Shown here: positions 31,401-47,130 of the stretch, piece by piece | Layout: each line of letters begins with the position of its first letter | How positions within the stretch are numbered: the stretch's first letter is position 1 | Assembly: GCF_037042905.1 (NCBI RefSeq) | Contig: NC_087250.1 | Location: forward strand, 18,726,001 to 18,790,000 | Source: Lytechinus pictus | Lineage: Eukaryota | Direction: 5' to 3' | Length of the DNA: 64,000 nt | The notes under the pieces: model-generated | What the model was told of the DNA's origin: nothing | Seen by the model: the letters and a program-made list of their open reading frames with translations, nothing else | Databases searched by the model: none | Program-made: the position numbers and the translations under genes

Positions 31401-34400
31401 CAAATATGGCTATGAGCTACATGTAGCCATATTCAGATGCTTAAAAGGATACTACCCTCGCCTTATTTTGGCTAGAGTGTCTGCCAGTTGGAAATCCCCT
31501 GTATTGTCCACTGTCTTGACAACTTCATGAATTGTAACTCTCGTCATCGTAACTCTCCTCGGATGACGACTATAGGATACATCTTTGCAAGTGCTAGTGC
31601 CTACGCCGGCAAACTTCTTGTCACTTTTTGTAGGTGTCTTTGAGATGGGGGTGACTTCTTCCAATGGGACAGCATGTCTTTTAGGATATGCCCAGGTTTC
31701 ATGCGTTTTGAGAAGGTCGGCGCGCGATTTGTCCTGAGTCAGCACTCTAACTTAAATCATGGACCTATGAAGAGATGGACATTCGACGCTAAGATAACGA
31801 ATTCACTAACAGGTGACTGTTCTTGTCATCTGCATAACTTTCTATTCATACTTGTCTACTTTGGCCATACGATCGTTACCGCGAGAAGGGTCTGAAACAG
31901 TTCGTGATTGGAACTTTCTATTTAACAGATTGGTTGCGCAGTTGATAGCAATACACTTAAATTATGGAAAATCAATGTGCGGTTCAATTTGGGTAAATTT
32001 AGTTGCATGTGTTTTATTTGGGAAAAAATTGTGCATATTTTAATAAAGAGGCAAATTTTCCATTGATAGTCAACAATTTAAAATTCCATTTTCCCAAATT
32101 TCTCCATAATATTCCAGATATACTTGGCGCATAACGTGTATAGATCGTTTATCTTTCAATGTTATTCAGGTCATTACGTGCGTCCGGAAGTGTTCGGATC
32201 GAATAATATCATATTTTACATCACAGAAATCGTCTGCTTCTCAAGTTTGCTGTTCCAAGTATGAAGCATGTTGACTCAAAGGTACATGCTGAAACAGAGT
32301 ATCAGCCAACAAAAACTAAGACCGGGGAAACTGTCTTTAAGTGATCAGATACGTCTTGGTAGTCATACATGGCAATTGCTTTTGTCACAACACATGTATG
32401 TTCTTTTTAAGATGCACATAACCAGGTGACGGTGACTATCATTGGATCAAAGAAACACTCGCGGTCCATCTTGTATCTTTTCATAGGTCCATGCTTTAAT
32501 TTATCCACCTCTATGGTCATAAAATGAGCTTGGCTTAATCCGGGTGAAATTATCCTTTATTTTATGACAGCATTCAATCATATTTACTGAAAAAAACAAC
32601 AACATAATCAATGACATACTCAACACTGTTCGAAATTGGTTGACTGATCGATATTTAATTGCCTTTCAATTCACTAACAAGAAAGTTCCTATAATTGTTT
32701 TAAATTCAAACTAACTGAACCTAACACAATAGATACACTATAAGCAGATTGTAAACTAGATTTTAAAATTCCAGTTGCCTTGCAACAACCAATATACGGG
32801 AGCCGCGGAACGGTTTTCAAAATGGGGGGGGGGGGGCTGACTATGCAAAAAAACACAATCATTCTGGTCATTTTTATGTTTTTACGTTGTACACGGTTTT
32901 GAAAAAAAGTGTAAAAAAGCCCCCCCCCCCCCGCTTCCGCGGCCCCTGAAATAGGGTCAACCGGCGTGGTCATTTAAGTGTTTGGACAGACTCAGTCGTA
33001 AAGAGTACCGAAGCGATTACGTCAGTTGCCATGATGTAATGGCGGCCTCATTCTAAACAAATTAATGAACCAGTTCTCATAGGAGAATGATGGTATTTTT
33101 TACATATACAAATGTGTAAAGACGATCGTCAGCTGCGACTCTGTCTAGATCCAGCCGGTTCGTTTTTCATGTCAGTGACGTCACACTTCTCGGCACTCTA
33201 TTGTGAATGAAAGGGTAAAATATTCAACCATTGTGTAGAATTTAGAGTAATGCGAGGGAGCGAAGTGGGTACAGAAGCAAATTGAAACCTACATGAAATA
33301 AAAAGACGGGGCGTACCTTCTGACTTTTCGCAGACAAATTCACGTCGATAGGAGCAGGGATTGTCATTCCATCCGGCGCCACTGCTTCGTTCCCAAACCT
33401 CACCACAGTGTGCCCATCCGTTATAATTATTTGGCTGGTTTGAAGTCCATGATGAGTATCTGCAAAAACGAAGTAAGAATGATGATGATGTTCCTTCATT
33501 CCGATATCATTACAATTCAATCTTGTAATTCGTCCCAACAAAATGTTGATTTGAATAAAAAGAGAAAATCCAACAAGCACTGAAAATTGATCAAAATCGG
33601 ATGTGAAAAAAGAAAGTGATGACATTTTGAAGTTTTACTTACTATCATAAAACAGTTAAATGCACAACCTGGTCGGTATGCAATTGAGGAGACTAATGAT
33701 ATCTTCCACTCACTATTTCTTTGTATTTAATTATATGGAATATGAAATATTCTAATTTTCTTCCTCATTGTCAAGTAAAACAATGATTGATCCCTCCCTG
33801 AACATGTGGAATTAACATTGTTTAATACTATACAGCGCGTCCCCCCCCCAAAAAAAAAATGTCCTTCTAATATGCGGCTAAATTACTTCAAAAAATAAAA
33901 TCATTTTCAATGAAATGTATGGATATAGGAAGTTCATCTCATGTTCTAACTTCTTAAAAATAGGCTGCTGATACTTAAACCGGACAAAGCTCATTTCATT
34001 TTTGCCTGGGAGATAAGATTTTGATGTCTAAACCACTGGTTTCAACGGTCAAAATAATACATTTCCACAAATATAAAGAATAGTCAGTGGTCTGGTATGA
34101 CCAAAAATCCAATATGGCTTCCGAAAATTGATTCTAAAATGGCTGCTGATACTTAAAAGGGGCATAGCTCATTTTAATATTCACCTGTGAGATGTGATTT
34201 TGGTGTCTAAACTGTGGTTTCAAAGGTCAAATTACACATTAGGACAAGTTACAATGACAGTCAGTGGTCTTGTATGTTCAAAGTTACAAGATGGCTTCCA
34301 AATATAGAGTAAAAAATGTATGACGTTACTTAGTTTGTTTAATATCTGTCTGGGGAAAATGAGTTTGGTGTCCAATCCATGGTTTAAAGAGTCAAGTAAT

Positions 34401-37400
34401 ACAGTAGGGTAAGTTACAAGACCAGTCAGTTGTCTCTATGTAAAAAAAAATCAATATGACTTTTAAAAATGGGGTGTAAATTGGCTGTTGTTACTTAAAA
34501 TTATACATAGCTTATTAGAAATACACCTTGGAGGTATGATGTTGCTGTTTACACTACAGTTTAAAAGGTCAATTAATACATTGGGTTAAGTTTAAAGGAC
34601 AGTTAGGTGTCAGGTATGTCAAAAAAAAATCGAAAATGCTTTTTACTTTTATGCATGACTCAATCAACCAACTGTTTCTCATTTATTTATGTGAACAATG
34701 TTTAAGTGTATATACACTCTTCAAATGTAAATAATATTTAATGTAAGTTTTGCAGAATTAGTCTCCGGACTACTGCATTGTATTCTGTTTTATATCTGAT
34801 AAACCGAATTGAAAAAAGGGGTTCTTAAAGTGAATTGAATTGAATGCATTTATTGTCCTGTGTAGGAAATTCCTTTCACATCGCGTTTACAAAATTACAA
34901 ATACATATGCACATAAACAGAATGAATTTCACTTTCAATATCGTGTGATTACATACACATACAAAATGCCGTATATTTTATTTAAAGTATGAAATAATAA
35001 GTACAGTTGCAAATATATAAAGGAATCAATTATTGAAATATAAATTGATTTGTGATTCCATCTCCAGCCCGTATACTTAGGCTGGCGGGGAGGGGTGGAA
35101 GTAGTAATGCGAGGAAGGTAAATTAAAAGTGAAAGGGGGATCAATACCTTTTCAAAGTAAGTGTATACCCCATACTATTTGATAACTGTACTTATATTAA
35201 AGGAAAATGAAACCTTTGGAACAAGATAGCTTGTGTGAAAACAGAAAAATCAAAGAAACAGATCAACGAAAGTTTGAGAAAATTCGGACAAATTATCAGG
35301 AAGTTATGAGCATTTGAATATTGCGATCACTAATGCTATGGAGATCCTCAAATTGGCAATGCGAGAAAGATATGTTATGTCACTTGTGAACAACTCTCCC
35401 CATTACTTTAGGATATGTTTCACTTAAATTATCTCTTTTATTACATCTATCAGTAGATCATGTGTTCTTTCTATAGGAGGGCATGTAATACAGATTTTTA
35501 AAGAATACATCATGGATAAAGAGTTTGTATCACCATAAGAAAAGGCAAAAAGAGACATTTTGGGGGTATTTCATAGTCCATCAAAGGGAAAGTTGTTCAC
35601 ATGTCACATCACACTTCCTTGATGTCGCATTGCCGATGGGAGGATCTCCATAGCATTAGTGATTGCAATATTCAAATGCTCATTACTTTCTCATTGTTTG
35701 TTTTTTTGGAAGCCATCTTGGATTTTTTGATATACTGGACAACTGACTGTCCGTTCAACTTGTCATAGTGTATTATTTTGACCATTGAAACCATGGTCTA
35801 GAAACCAAAATCATATATCCCAGACGGATATGAAATGAGCTATGTCCATTTATATATCAACAGCCATTTCAAACTCCAATTTTGGAAGCCGTCTAAGGGT
35901 TTTGGACACATCAGACCACATTGTAACTAGTCCCAATGTACTACTTCACCCTTAAACCCATTGCATAGAAACCAAATTGAGCCACTGAAATTAGATGTTA
36001 TTTGGTTGTCATGGCAATGGCTTAAGTTATTTTTATATCAACAGCAAACATATCTATGCTTTGCATTCTAAACTTAGGGAAATTTATGACAAAATGCAGA
36101 TTCTAAACTGTTTTTCGATCAAATTTGGTGCTTTTCTTGGGAAAAAAGGAGTCGTTGCCATGACAACGGCCCATATGCAACATTAATATTCATCATTAAA
36201 TTCAAGCATTACCAAGGCAACCTCAAATTTCATCATTCTAATGAACTAATGCGAAACACTGTAATCTTTGTTCAAAACTAAATGACTGGGTCAAACCTTG
36301 AGTTAATTGTTATAAATTGCATTTTCCACCTGCCATTATCATGTCAACCATGTTATTTTTTTTCAAATTAGATGTTATTTGGTTGCCATGACAATGGGTT
36401 AAGATGTTATTTGCATGATAACAACAAACATATCCATTCTTACCCTACAATTAAGGGAAATGAAAGACAAATTATACAGTCCTTTTTTAAATCAAAATTG
36501 GTAATTTCTTCGGTAAATGATCCGTTGCTATGACAACAGCCCATTTGGAACATTGATATTTATCGTTGAATTCAAGTATTACCAAGGCAACATCAATGTT
36601 TATCATTCTTATTAGTTCATGCAGAACACTCACTGTATTATTTTCCCCTAAATTAAGGTCAAACCTTACGCATGTACATTAAGTTAATTTTCTTTGTATT
36701 TTTCACCTTTCCATAACCTTATCATCTATGTTATTTTTTCTTTGAATTAGATGTTATCTGGTTGCCATGGCAATGGCTTAAGATGTTATATTTATAAATT
36801 TAATCACAAACATATCTCATTTTGTACCTTTAAATTAGGGAAAATGGAATGATGACCATACATGTATTCTACATTTTTATCAATATTTTTACCTTTCTAG
36901 AGGGAAATAAGCTGTTGCCATGGCAACGGGCCCTTTGCAAAGTTTTTTTTTTATAATTTAATTCAAGCATTACCAAGGCAACATAATTTTTTATCTTTAT
37001 GAAGAACTCCTGCAAAACACTTTCTGTATTTTTTGTTCAAATGAGGGGTCTTGACAACCATGTTATTTTTGTAAATTAGATGTTATTTGGTTGCCATGGC
37101 AATGGCTTGAGATATAATTTACACATTCAGCAACCAAAATATCTTTGTTAAGCACTGTAAAATGAGGGTAGATTAAAGATAAATCATATTCTACAACGTT
37201 TTTTTAATCAGATTTTTTATTTTTCTGGGGAAAAACAATCCGTTGCCATGGCAACGGACCAAATGGAACTATCTTGACAATCTAGAATGTTTCTAAATTT
37301 CTTATGTATTCAATTGGGATCCTGAAAATTATCATTTTGGTCATCCATATCATGTTTGTTTACCATTTACATGGGAAAGTATGTTATTTTGGAGAAATTA

Positions 37401-40400
37401 ATCCGTTGCCATGGCAACGGCCGAAAAAGGCATTTATAAATTAAACTCCCATCTTTAGAATAAATCTTACGGCATATTCTAATACTTGTGAAAGTTTCAT
37501 GCTTTAGTCAAAATTTGCACAATTGTTGTGATTTTTGGAGCTTATCCGCTCTACTATATATAATTATTTAAAACGCGTGTACAAAATATGTCATCCACCT
37601 GATAGGTATGTGATGGATATTCCTAACACATGTACATTTTTACCTAGGTTTAAATATTCAAAACACATGAGCTATCATTATAAACTCAGAACATGAGTCT
37701 AATCAAAGGAATTACATTCAATACATTTCTTCCTTGACAGCAAGAAAAGGGAATATATAGAAGAGATATCACCCAGAGCACGGAATCCGTCGAATTTGAA
37801 ACCAAGGAAAGTTAACATAAATGTTATACTCCCGAGTTTGGCCGGGAAATCTCGATACATGTATCATTCATGCCTCAGTAACATTTCCTTTACGGCCGCC
37901 GTACGGCGATTCGAAAACAGCCGTTTTATCTGATTCTACTCACTGTACGGCGGCAGTAGATGAAAAATGACTGAGGTACCACTGTGCACATATTCGCGTC
38001 TTATCTCAAGGTGTGTCTCTATGGGGGTGTGTCCAAACTTCGCGGATATTTCCAACATATTTATCAGGCTACAATTCATTCACAAGATTTTCACTTTTTA
38101 TACATAACTGTTTCAAATAATACTTTCAAATTGACGGTAATATCGTAAACTAAAAATGATTGACGGCAGTGTGAATAAGGTCAAGGGGTTTCGTCGTTAT
38201 CGTGATTCAAAATTCCATTTCCGAGTGAGTAAATCGAAATTGACATCTAAGATATCCCTAATTTAAGGAAAAATATGTCATAAATGCATCATTATCATGA
38301 CATGTCTGGAAGGACTATCTTCTCCCAAATAATTTGATGCCATATTTATGTTGTAAGCAGTGGCGTACCTAGGATTTTCCACAGGGGTGGGGGGGTAAAG
38401 CCGTCCGCCCAAAAATTTGACAAGCCCCCCCCCCCAAAAAAAAAAGGTCTTCAATCACAAAAGGCCATATACAGTGCGTATCAAAAAAAAGTTTACACTT
38501 AGAAAAAATCCTGTAAAATTATGTATTTGTAATATCCTGACGATTTTTCCACATTTTAGCATTGGTACAGATCCATTTAAGCAAATTACGATATAACTGT
38601 CGAAAAATATTTCCGCTTGAGTGAGCACCACTTACTTTTGAAAAGTTGGTGAAATTTGATTTGCGCAGAACTTTGAAATAGTTATGCAAATAAAAGTAGA
38701 CTTTAATCATGAAGAACACGTGGAATGTAGGTAGTAAAATTGATTTGAAGATATCTTTTATCTTTTTAAACTTTTTTCCTTGCCAAAAACACTTCGAAGA
38801 GTGCATTGCGCCCCACCCCACTCCCCCACACACTGAGGCCATCGTGACGATATTTGCTTTACACTGAGCTGTGATTTACATGAAATGGCTTAGGCTTGAT
38901 TTTCATTTTGTTAATCATTGCCAAGCTTGGGAAAAGTGTGGAGAAACAAGTATTAAATGAAAAATGATATGTAAACCCACTTTAAATGATAAAAACTTAG
39001 TGAAAAATGGTGAAGATGTCTGATATAAACTTTTGCTCAGATTCAGTTATGTCCTCAGATCCAGCCGGCACAAAAAGGGTAAAGGTTTTGCTTACTAAGT
39101 GTTGAAATTTCAAATTTGGGCGGCAAAATTGTTACAAAATGCTTGAATGTATCCGTTTCATTTCAATTGGCTAAAAGTGCTAGGGAAATTTATGAGAAAT
39201 GCTTTGCAGGGTAAGTTTGATTTCGCCCTTTCCCCTTGACACAGCGTGAAAACAAGCATTTCTGCGCAAACAGATTTCGGCGAGCTTTACAAAAATTGAC
39301 AGTGCTCACTCAAGTGTAACATTCTGTCAAAACTTTTATTTTCATTGGATAGATGAGACCCAAACCCATAATTATATGTGAAAAAATTACCCACATGTTG
39401 TATATTTTTTAATTCCCAGGGCTTTTTCAAAGTGTAAACTTTTTTTTGATACGCACTGTATAATAATTATGTATCAATGGCACATTTATTTTCCTTAAAG
39501 TAGGAATTCATGAGTTGTCATTTTTTTACTCACACGGTATAAACTTGCGATCTAACTGACGGATGTTGATGTGGAAATTTAATGTGAAAAAGCACCTCCG
39601 GTATTCTCGAAAAGGTGCGTTAATTTGACCCCCTTCCTCAAACCATACTTTTGAGAAAAACTATAGTTTTTCTCGAAAGTTTCCGGCAACCCCCGCTCCA
39701 TGAGCGCAGACGGTCCGCCATAGGCCATGTAGAAAGGGCAAAACAAGCTACTATAAGCTATTCACAAGGCTCGCTCCTATTGTGCTGTCCCTCTCATACT
39801 TTATCTTGCATGGCTAGTGTATACTTTATTGGGTGAATAGTGAATTGACTCTTTAGACATGATGTAATGAATAAAGATTAAATTCAAAAGTAACTTATCA
39901 GAGGGTGTTTCCATGAAAATTCTTATTAAAATAAATTAGAAAAGCCACACAATCTTGTCATGAAGCTACAATATATTCTTTTATACCAGGATCTCGTCAT
40001 TTTGTCATTTGTAATAGCAATTATAGTAGGTGCCCAGCTAACCAGGTATATTTTCTAATTCTAGTGGATTGCTTTTTGAGTGCATGGGCATTTCACACCT
40101 ATTTAATATTCAACTTTCTTGAAACAGTTATGTATGTATCATTGGCCGTATGCAAACAGGGAAATTAATTACTTCGCTCACTCTTTTCTGTTTCCTTTTA
40201 TTGTAAAATATATATCGTATAAGTAAAAAAAAATGACATCTCACAATTCCGATATATTTGCATAACTTAATGTGTAAGCAGATTAACCTTGCCTCACCCC
40301 CCCCGGCTCACCCCTTCATACACAAAGACATACACAACCTCCCCGGGATACCATGTTTTGTTCCTTTTAAAGAGTGTACTGCGGACTAAGGTTTTGGTGC

Positions 40401-43400
40401 AACATTCAACTTACCCCGTTGTTCGTAACAATGTTCCGTCACTCCATCTGAAATCACCTTCACTGGTCAGATCATCAAGTCCAAACCAAAACCTGACCAC
40501 TCCAATCTTTGCAAATTCATCTACCACTCGTGACTGTTTCATAATGAAGAATATAAACAGTTATTTTACCTCGAAATTTTGCTCAAACGACACCGTACTA
40601 TAACAGACACAAGCACCCCAACACGTTCGCACGCAGTGCACTCGTCTGTGATGCATTTTGTGAAACCTATGTTACACGTGTGCGAGAGTCAATCCTTACA
40701 TCCTTTCATTTATCAAAATTATGATTCCCATTATTCTTCATATGAATGTATTATTATTGTAATTATCATTTTTATCATTATCATAATCATTACTATCATC
40801 ATCATCGTCGTCATCATTATCATCGTCACCATCACCATCGCAATCGTTATCATCATAATCCCAATCACCATCGTCTTAATCATAATCACCATCGTCTTCG
40901 TCTATTACGACGACATTGTCTAGTTGATATAAAGCAATCTTACGTGTAAAGTTTGTGTTTTCAACTGGGCAAGCTGTCCACCTATTTGTTGACAATATTC
41001 ACGTGCGATGAAATAGTTGGTTGAAAATGAAGAAAAGTAATACTGAACATTTTTCACTTGAGGGATATGTATCCATTTGCCAGTGATTGGTACTGTAAGA
41101 AAATAGATAAAAAATGTATTCTGAGTGCTGGAGTGATGAAATCATGAAAATGCTGTTGTGGATGCGAGCTTTGCTTTGACAGGTTCTTTCATATTCTATT
41201 CACTCATAACTGCTGTTTATCTGAGTCTAAGAAATATTACGGAGAAAGTCACATCAGGTTCTGTTATTTTTGTTTTGTTTATAAACATATAGCTTAACGT
41301 GCTGGTTTATCATCGGAGCAATTGTCTCCTCAGAGTAATATGTATAATATTTTATAATTTTATGTAATATCATCATTTATGTTACTAGCAAAGGTTTCAT
41401 GATATTTGCTCCGTCGACAATTACTCTGAAGGAAAATCTGCGCGTTAAGCCAAACATGAAATCTAACATCCAAACGGAGAAGTGTCGCGTCAACCTTCAG
41501 GGTGTCAAAAAACAACACTGTGGCGTTATGATTGATTTTAAACTTAATTAAGACTTTCTGGGGAAAAAAATATTTGTTTTAAATTTTCACCATGTTATTG
41601 AAACCTGGTTTTGAAAGGTAAAAATGACACACATTCATAAAATGTTTAAATCAAGCCAATGTCCCATCTATAAGAATGGAGAGTGTACTACGGTTGGTTG
41701 AATGAATAAACCTTTGACAAGGAATGTTAATTTGGTACATCTCAATTATCTACGATTCATTTTAATCGTAAACATAACACCACGGAGATGAAACCGAACA
41801 ATTTTGGATAAACGACTGTTGCATAATGTATTTTTGTTTTTAAGAAATACAATCAAAAATAATTTTTTAATGTGTAACCATTTTTAATTACCTAGGTTTA
41901 ATAATAACGCTATATTCATTTTCTTTCTCTTGTTGCTATTAACGCCGGTCCCAATATTACCTTGTGATCTTTCGCAGATGTAAGGCAGTGTATCTTCACA
42001 AGTCCTACTGTCCCATCGGCCGTGATTGTCATCATTGTTGCCATCAGACATCAGACACCCACACGACCGTCCTGTAAACCTTGATGGCTCTCCAGGAGCC
42101 CACATGGGGTTACTGAAGCGTTCGGTGATTAAGAATAAAGTATAAAAATGGACGTATAAGCATCTTTGTTAAGTCCTTGATAAATGTTATAGTACCAAAC
42201 TATAAAGGTGAAATAAATTATTTGCATTCACCTTAACGTCCCTGGTCACCAGTGAACTTCAACACACACGAATGTCCTCACAATTTATACAAAGTGTGTT
42301 TGTGTTATTTTACCATAACGTTACTTGTCTGGAAGTATGTATAAGGGTGTGTGTGCGCACGCGCGCGTGTGTGCGTGAGGGGCCTTAGGGTGCGTGTTTT
42401 TTAATACAAGTGCATGAATATTTTTACCTCGGCATTAGCGATGTGCATTGGCCGAGTGGAAGTCTGGGGTTCGATTCCCGGTGCGTCTCTTGAGAGATGT
42501 ATTTAACCTGGTTAATTGCTCATTTATTTTATTATTTATTATTTATATAAATGAAAAATAATATATACTAGTTCCAACGTGTGCGTGTTTAAAAAAAAAT
42601 TAAATAAAATGGCAATGTGTTAAAGAGTTATTTCAGGAGATGTGTAGGAAATAGCTCAAGTGAATGAAGATTTTGCAGAGTCAATTATTCCAGTATAGGT
42701 GTCGCAGTTTTTCATTTGATCAACGTTTGGGGAGATTGGTTATAAAGCTAGAAGCAGACACTTAATGTTTGTATGCATTAACATCTACTATGCCTTTGAG
42801 CATTTCATTGGTTCTGATAACACTTTTATACTCATTTTGAAATATTGATTTTTTTTTTCACAGAAGTTGTAGAATCATTTACTACAGAGTGCACAAAATG
42901 TAATTTTCGTTCTGATGTTTAACTTCATACACACCTAGGCACAAAGTAAAAGAAATATATGGTCACCTTATTGGAGTACCATCATTCCAGATAAATTGGT
43001 CGCTGCCGGAGCTTTGGTTTAGCCCAAACCAGTAACAATGAGGAGATGAAAGGGCGGGTGATACAATTGATGTGAGGAATGTCTGTGATAATATACATGA
43101 ACACAAGATTATTAAAAAAAAATACACGACATGGTTTTACTAAACTTCTCAGGCGTGGTTGTTTTTAACAGAGATATGAATTGGCACACAGAAAAGTAGC
43201 AAGGTAGTTGACATATATATGTTATGTGATTTTTTTTCTTATATCATACAAATTCGGCCATTATAATCATAAAATACAAAGGAGGATGATTTCACTTACA
43301 TTCAATTCTGTTGATCTGATAATTGCCAATCTTCCACCGCTACTCCTACAATCAGTCTCGGCTGCGTCAAAAGTTTGACCATCCCCCATGAAGCGGTATA

Positions 43401-45859
43401 ACGATTGTCCGTACTGGTGCCAGAAACATCGGGGATCTATGAAAAAAATACAACTTTATATTTCCAAACTGATAAACCAATCTGCAAAAGAATAGATTAC
43501 AAAATAAATCATATGACCCCTATTAAAGTCAAAACTGTAAATCAATTAGATATTTTTTTTACAAGTGCACACCAAGTTACCAATAATGCATATAGCACCG
43601 CTATATATTTGAAAGCAGGGTAAACGGAGCATTGTACGTTAAATGCCTTGCTCACGGGCATAGGTGCCGCGGCCGGGGATCGAACCCCGGACTTTCTATG
43701 TATTACCAGGCGCCTTAGCCCACTCGGCAACGGCACCATGATAATGATGATACTTATAAATAGTAACGATAATAGTAATGATGAAAATGAAAGTGAATAA
43801 TAACAAAATAATAACAAAAATGAAATAACAGAAAATAAGAAGTAAATCTAAACATCTATGGAAATTCAGATCTAAGTAACCGATGAATGCGCTGCCCTAG
43901 CCTGTCAAGACTGTAACATATGACATTTTTCGAAAAAAAAATGCTGTCGACCATTAATCTGATATTTTCTATCGATTTGGAGATCATTGCAAAGTAAAGT
44001 AACATCCCCATCTACACACACCCTAACACCCACACTCTTGTTATATTTTACATGTAGACCAACGATCGCTCATTTTCTTCCTTTGATATACCAACACTCC
44101 TTCATACTATGTGTACACCCACATCTAAACACCTCTATTTTTGTTAAATGCACATAGCCTTTGTAATATTCTAGAACTTCTTTAATACACAAACACACAA
44201 GCACACACTTCAACGTTATATTGCACTGCTACCCTCATGCACACACACACGCACGCTGCACGCACAATCCGTTGTATACTCATATTCCTTCCTATAACAT
44301 TGTTCAACAACATATCCCGCGCTCTTTCTGTCTCTTCATTTAAATCACTAACACTCCTCATGGGCGTAGGCTGGTTTGAGCATTGGGAGATGCACATTTT
44401 GGGAAGGTGGAACTAAAGTTTGGAAAATCAGCTGTTGAAACTAGAATAAGGGGTAGAAATTTCATTTTGCTTACCAGTGTCAGTACTCCTCTGCCTCAGC
44501 GGGAGGGTGCATGTGCACCCAGTGCAAGCCCAGCCTACGCCCTTGCTCCTTCATAACATGTTAGACACACACTCTTTTCAGCATTATTGATTGGCAGAAG
44601 GTGAAACTAAAGGCGATATCGAGATATTTTAATACCTATAGGGCGTTGACAAATGTGTAGACGCATGTTGGTACATTCGGACTCCTCCCACTGTCCAGCA
44701 AATTTTGACCTTAGCCGAATACAATTCCCGATGTTTGGTGTATATGGTGTAAGAAGGAAGTTTGAATACCTTAAACATAATAGTTGATAAATGATTTATG
44801 TTCGAATGAAATATTAACTAAAGCTCCAATGAAACATCCATAATGTAATCACATTGACAAGGGACGCGGATTTTTTTTTTTTTTTTGGGGGGGCAAAGCA
44901 AAAAAGGGACTTTAATGAGGGTTAATTACGTTCTGCTTGAAGAAGCTATTTGTTTTGTGGAAATGTAATTCGTACTTAACTTTTTAGAAGGGCATTTCTG
45001 GAGATATATTATAATGTGAAGTACATGAGCGAGCGTAGCACGCGAGTGGATTGGAAAATTCATGCAAAACTCGCTTTGCATTTGGTGCTAATATATATAT
45101 ATATATATATATACAGTGCGTCCCAGAAAAGCTTAGAATCTCCTCTTTCATCTGAAATTACTGAGATTATTTCTCATTCACGCATGAATGCGCAAAAACA
45201 ATTTGAAGAAGGGATATCAAAAAGTCACTTGGCGGGCTGTATCTGGGTTTAAAAAAGAAAACCACATTCTTAAAAAGTTCAATATATGCTCTTTAATTTG
45301 ATACCTCATTTTTAGAAAATGGTCAAGAAATAACAAAGTTTTGGTTATTTGAAATAAGGCTTGAATTTTAATAATTTCATAAAATGAAGAGGTTTTACAG
45401 GATAGCGTTCAGACTCACTCGACACTCCGTTTTAGACGATCAAGTCATGCATTAAGTCTTTTGTTAACCGTGCGATAGCTACTGTGGGAAACTGGTGAAA
45501 ACACGATTATTTAATGAAATTAATGAATTACAAGCATTGTTTCGAGGGAACATAACTTTTTTACTTCTCGACCGTTTTCTGTGATTAAGGTATCAAATAA
45601 AAGAGCAGATATTGAACTTTTTAGGCATGTGATTTTCTTTTTGAAATTCAGATTCCCCCTGCCAAATGATTTTTTGGTATCCTTTCTTCATATTGTTTTT
45701 GCTCACTCATGCGTGAGTGAGGAATAATCTAAATAAGTTTAGATGAAAGAGGAGATTCTAAGCTTTTTATTGGTATAGGTCATTTGTCTATTGTGTTCAT
45801 GATTAAATTATGATAAATCATCGCTAAATCTCGGTTTCGTTTTTTTGTGGGACGCACTG

Positions 45860-45901
<42 letters not shown>

Positions 45902-47087
45902 TATATAGTCATGCTCAAAATAAATAAATTACATTGGCATATATAGACTAGCCGTCCTCATGGCGCAAAACGGTCTACGTACGGTGAGTCGAAAACAGCC
46001 GTTTCAACATTTACAGTAAGGATGGTTTGAATAAAATTAGATGAAACGGTTGTTTTCGCCTCGCCGTTCTGCGGACGTAGGGAAAATGTAACCGAGATTA
46101 CTTACCCTGAAATGCTATTGTTTATCCATGTGTATATGCCGTCCCCGTCAAGGTCATTCAGGCCAATCCAGTAGTTATATTCATTGCCCATCTCTTCTAT
46201 CGTAAACGTGTTCAGAAACGCCTTTTTAAACGACCAATCGAGATTAGTGATATGAAAATACAAATGAAAAATACTAATGGATATTCATGTTAGGTTATCG
46301 GACTTGATAGAAACGACGATTGCTACTATAGACTGATGTGCTATACCTCGTTCCCACTTTACGAACACTATGATTGGCCCTTCGGAACCTATTGCCAACA
46401 AAATTGAACTATGTGATTTTTTTTCTATGATCATTACGATTTCCACAACTGATCTGATACGATCTAATACGAGCTGATACGTTCACCGCGATAACTCCAA
46501 TAGTAAGACCATCGTTTCAATCGTGGCACGAATCGCGAAAGAGGGAACTATAATATTATAAATCTCAGGTTACTTTTGTTACCGCCCCTGGATCTCCAGG
46601 TAGAAGTAACCTCCGTGACGTGTACAGAGAATTCCACAGTAACGTTCTAATAGCACCCCAATGCGTAACTGATAGGATTATGTTGACTGCAGTTGTATAA
46701 ATTGATGCCAGTAACCTTTGATTAATTATATGAGTGACAGAAGCTGTAGCAAAATGTTAAAATTGTAACAATCTGTATTTGTAATAGAACATCAATGAAC
46801 AAATATTTCGGCAATTGACTCCCCCCCCCCCCCCGTCAGTGTTGCTCATATGTGTCAAAATCAAAATGTTTGAACGAGCGAAATTTGCTTATCTTTGGAG
46901 AAAGAGGTTGATATTAACCTTTAATGGCCGTAAATATTAGATAGTAATCACTTAAACCTATATTTTGTACTCCTGATTTAATGACAATTTCACTAAGTGA
47001 GTCAGAAATACAAATTAAATCAATAAGTGATTGTCTGTTAGGCGTAACTCTCGTGGGTTCAGATATAACCTGTGTCATCTGCTTGGT

Positions 47088-47130
<43 letters not shown>

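Noticed and set aside
31452..31745. 97-aa minus-strand ORF as an extra exon between CTLD3 and Ig1
   Set aside because: No recognisable domain or convincing splice sites; exons 10 and 11 join in phase without it.
40579..40949. Ile-rich and His-rich ORFs
   Set aside because: Translation of a degenerate (CAT)n microsatellite
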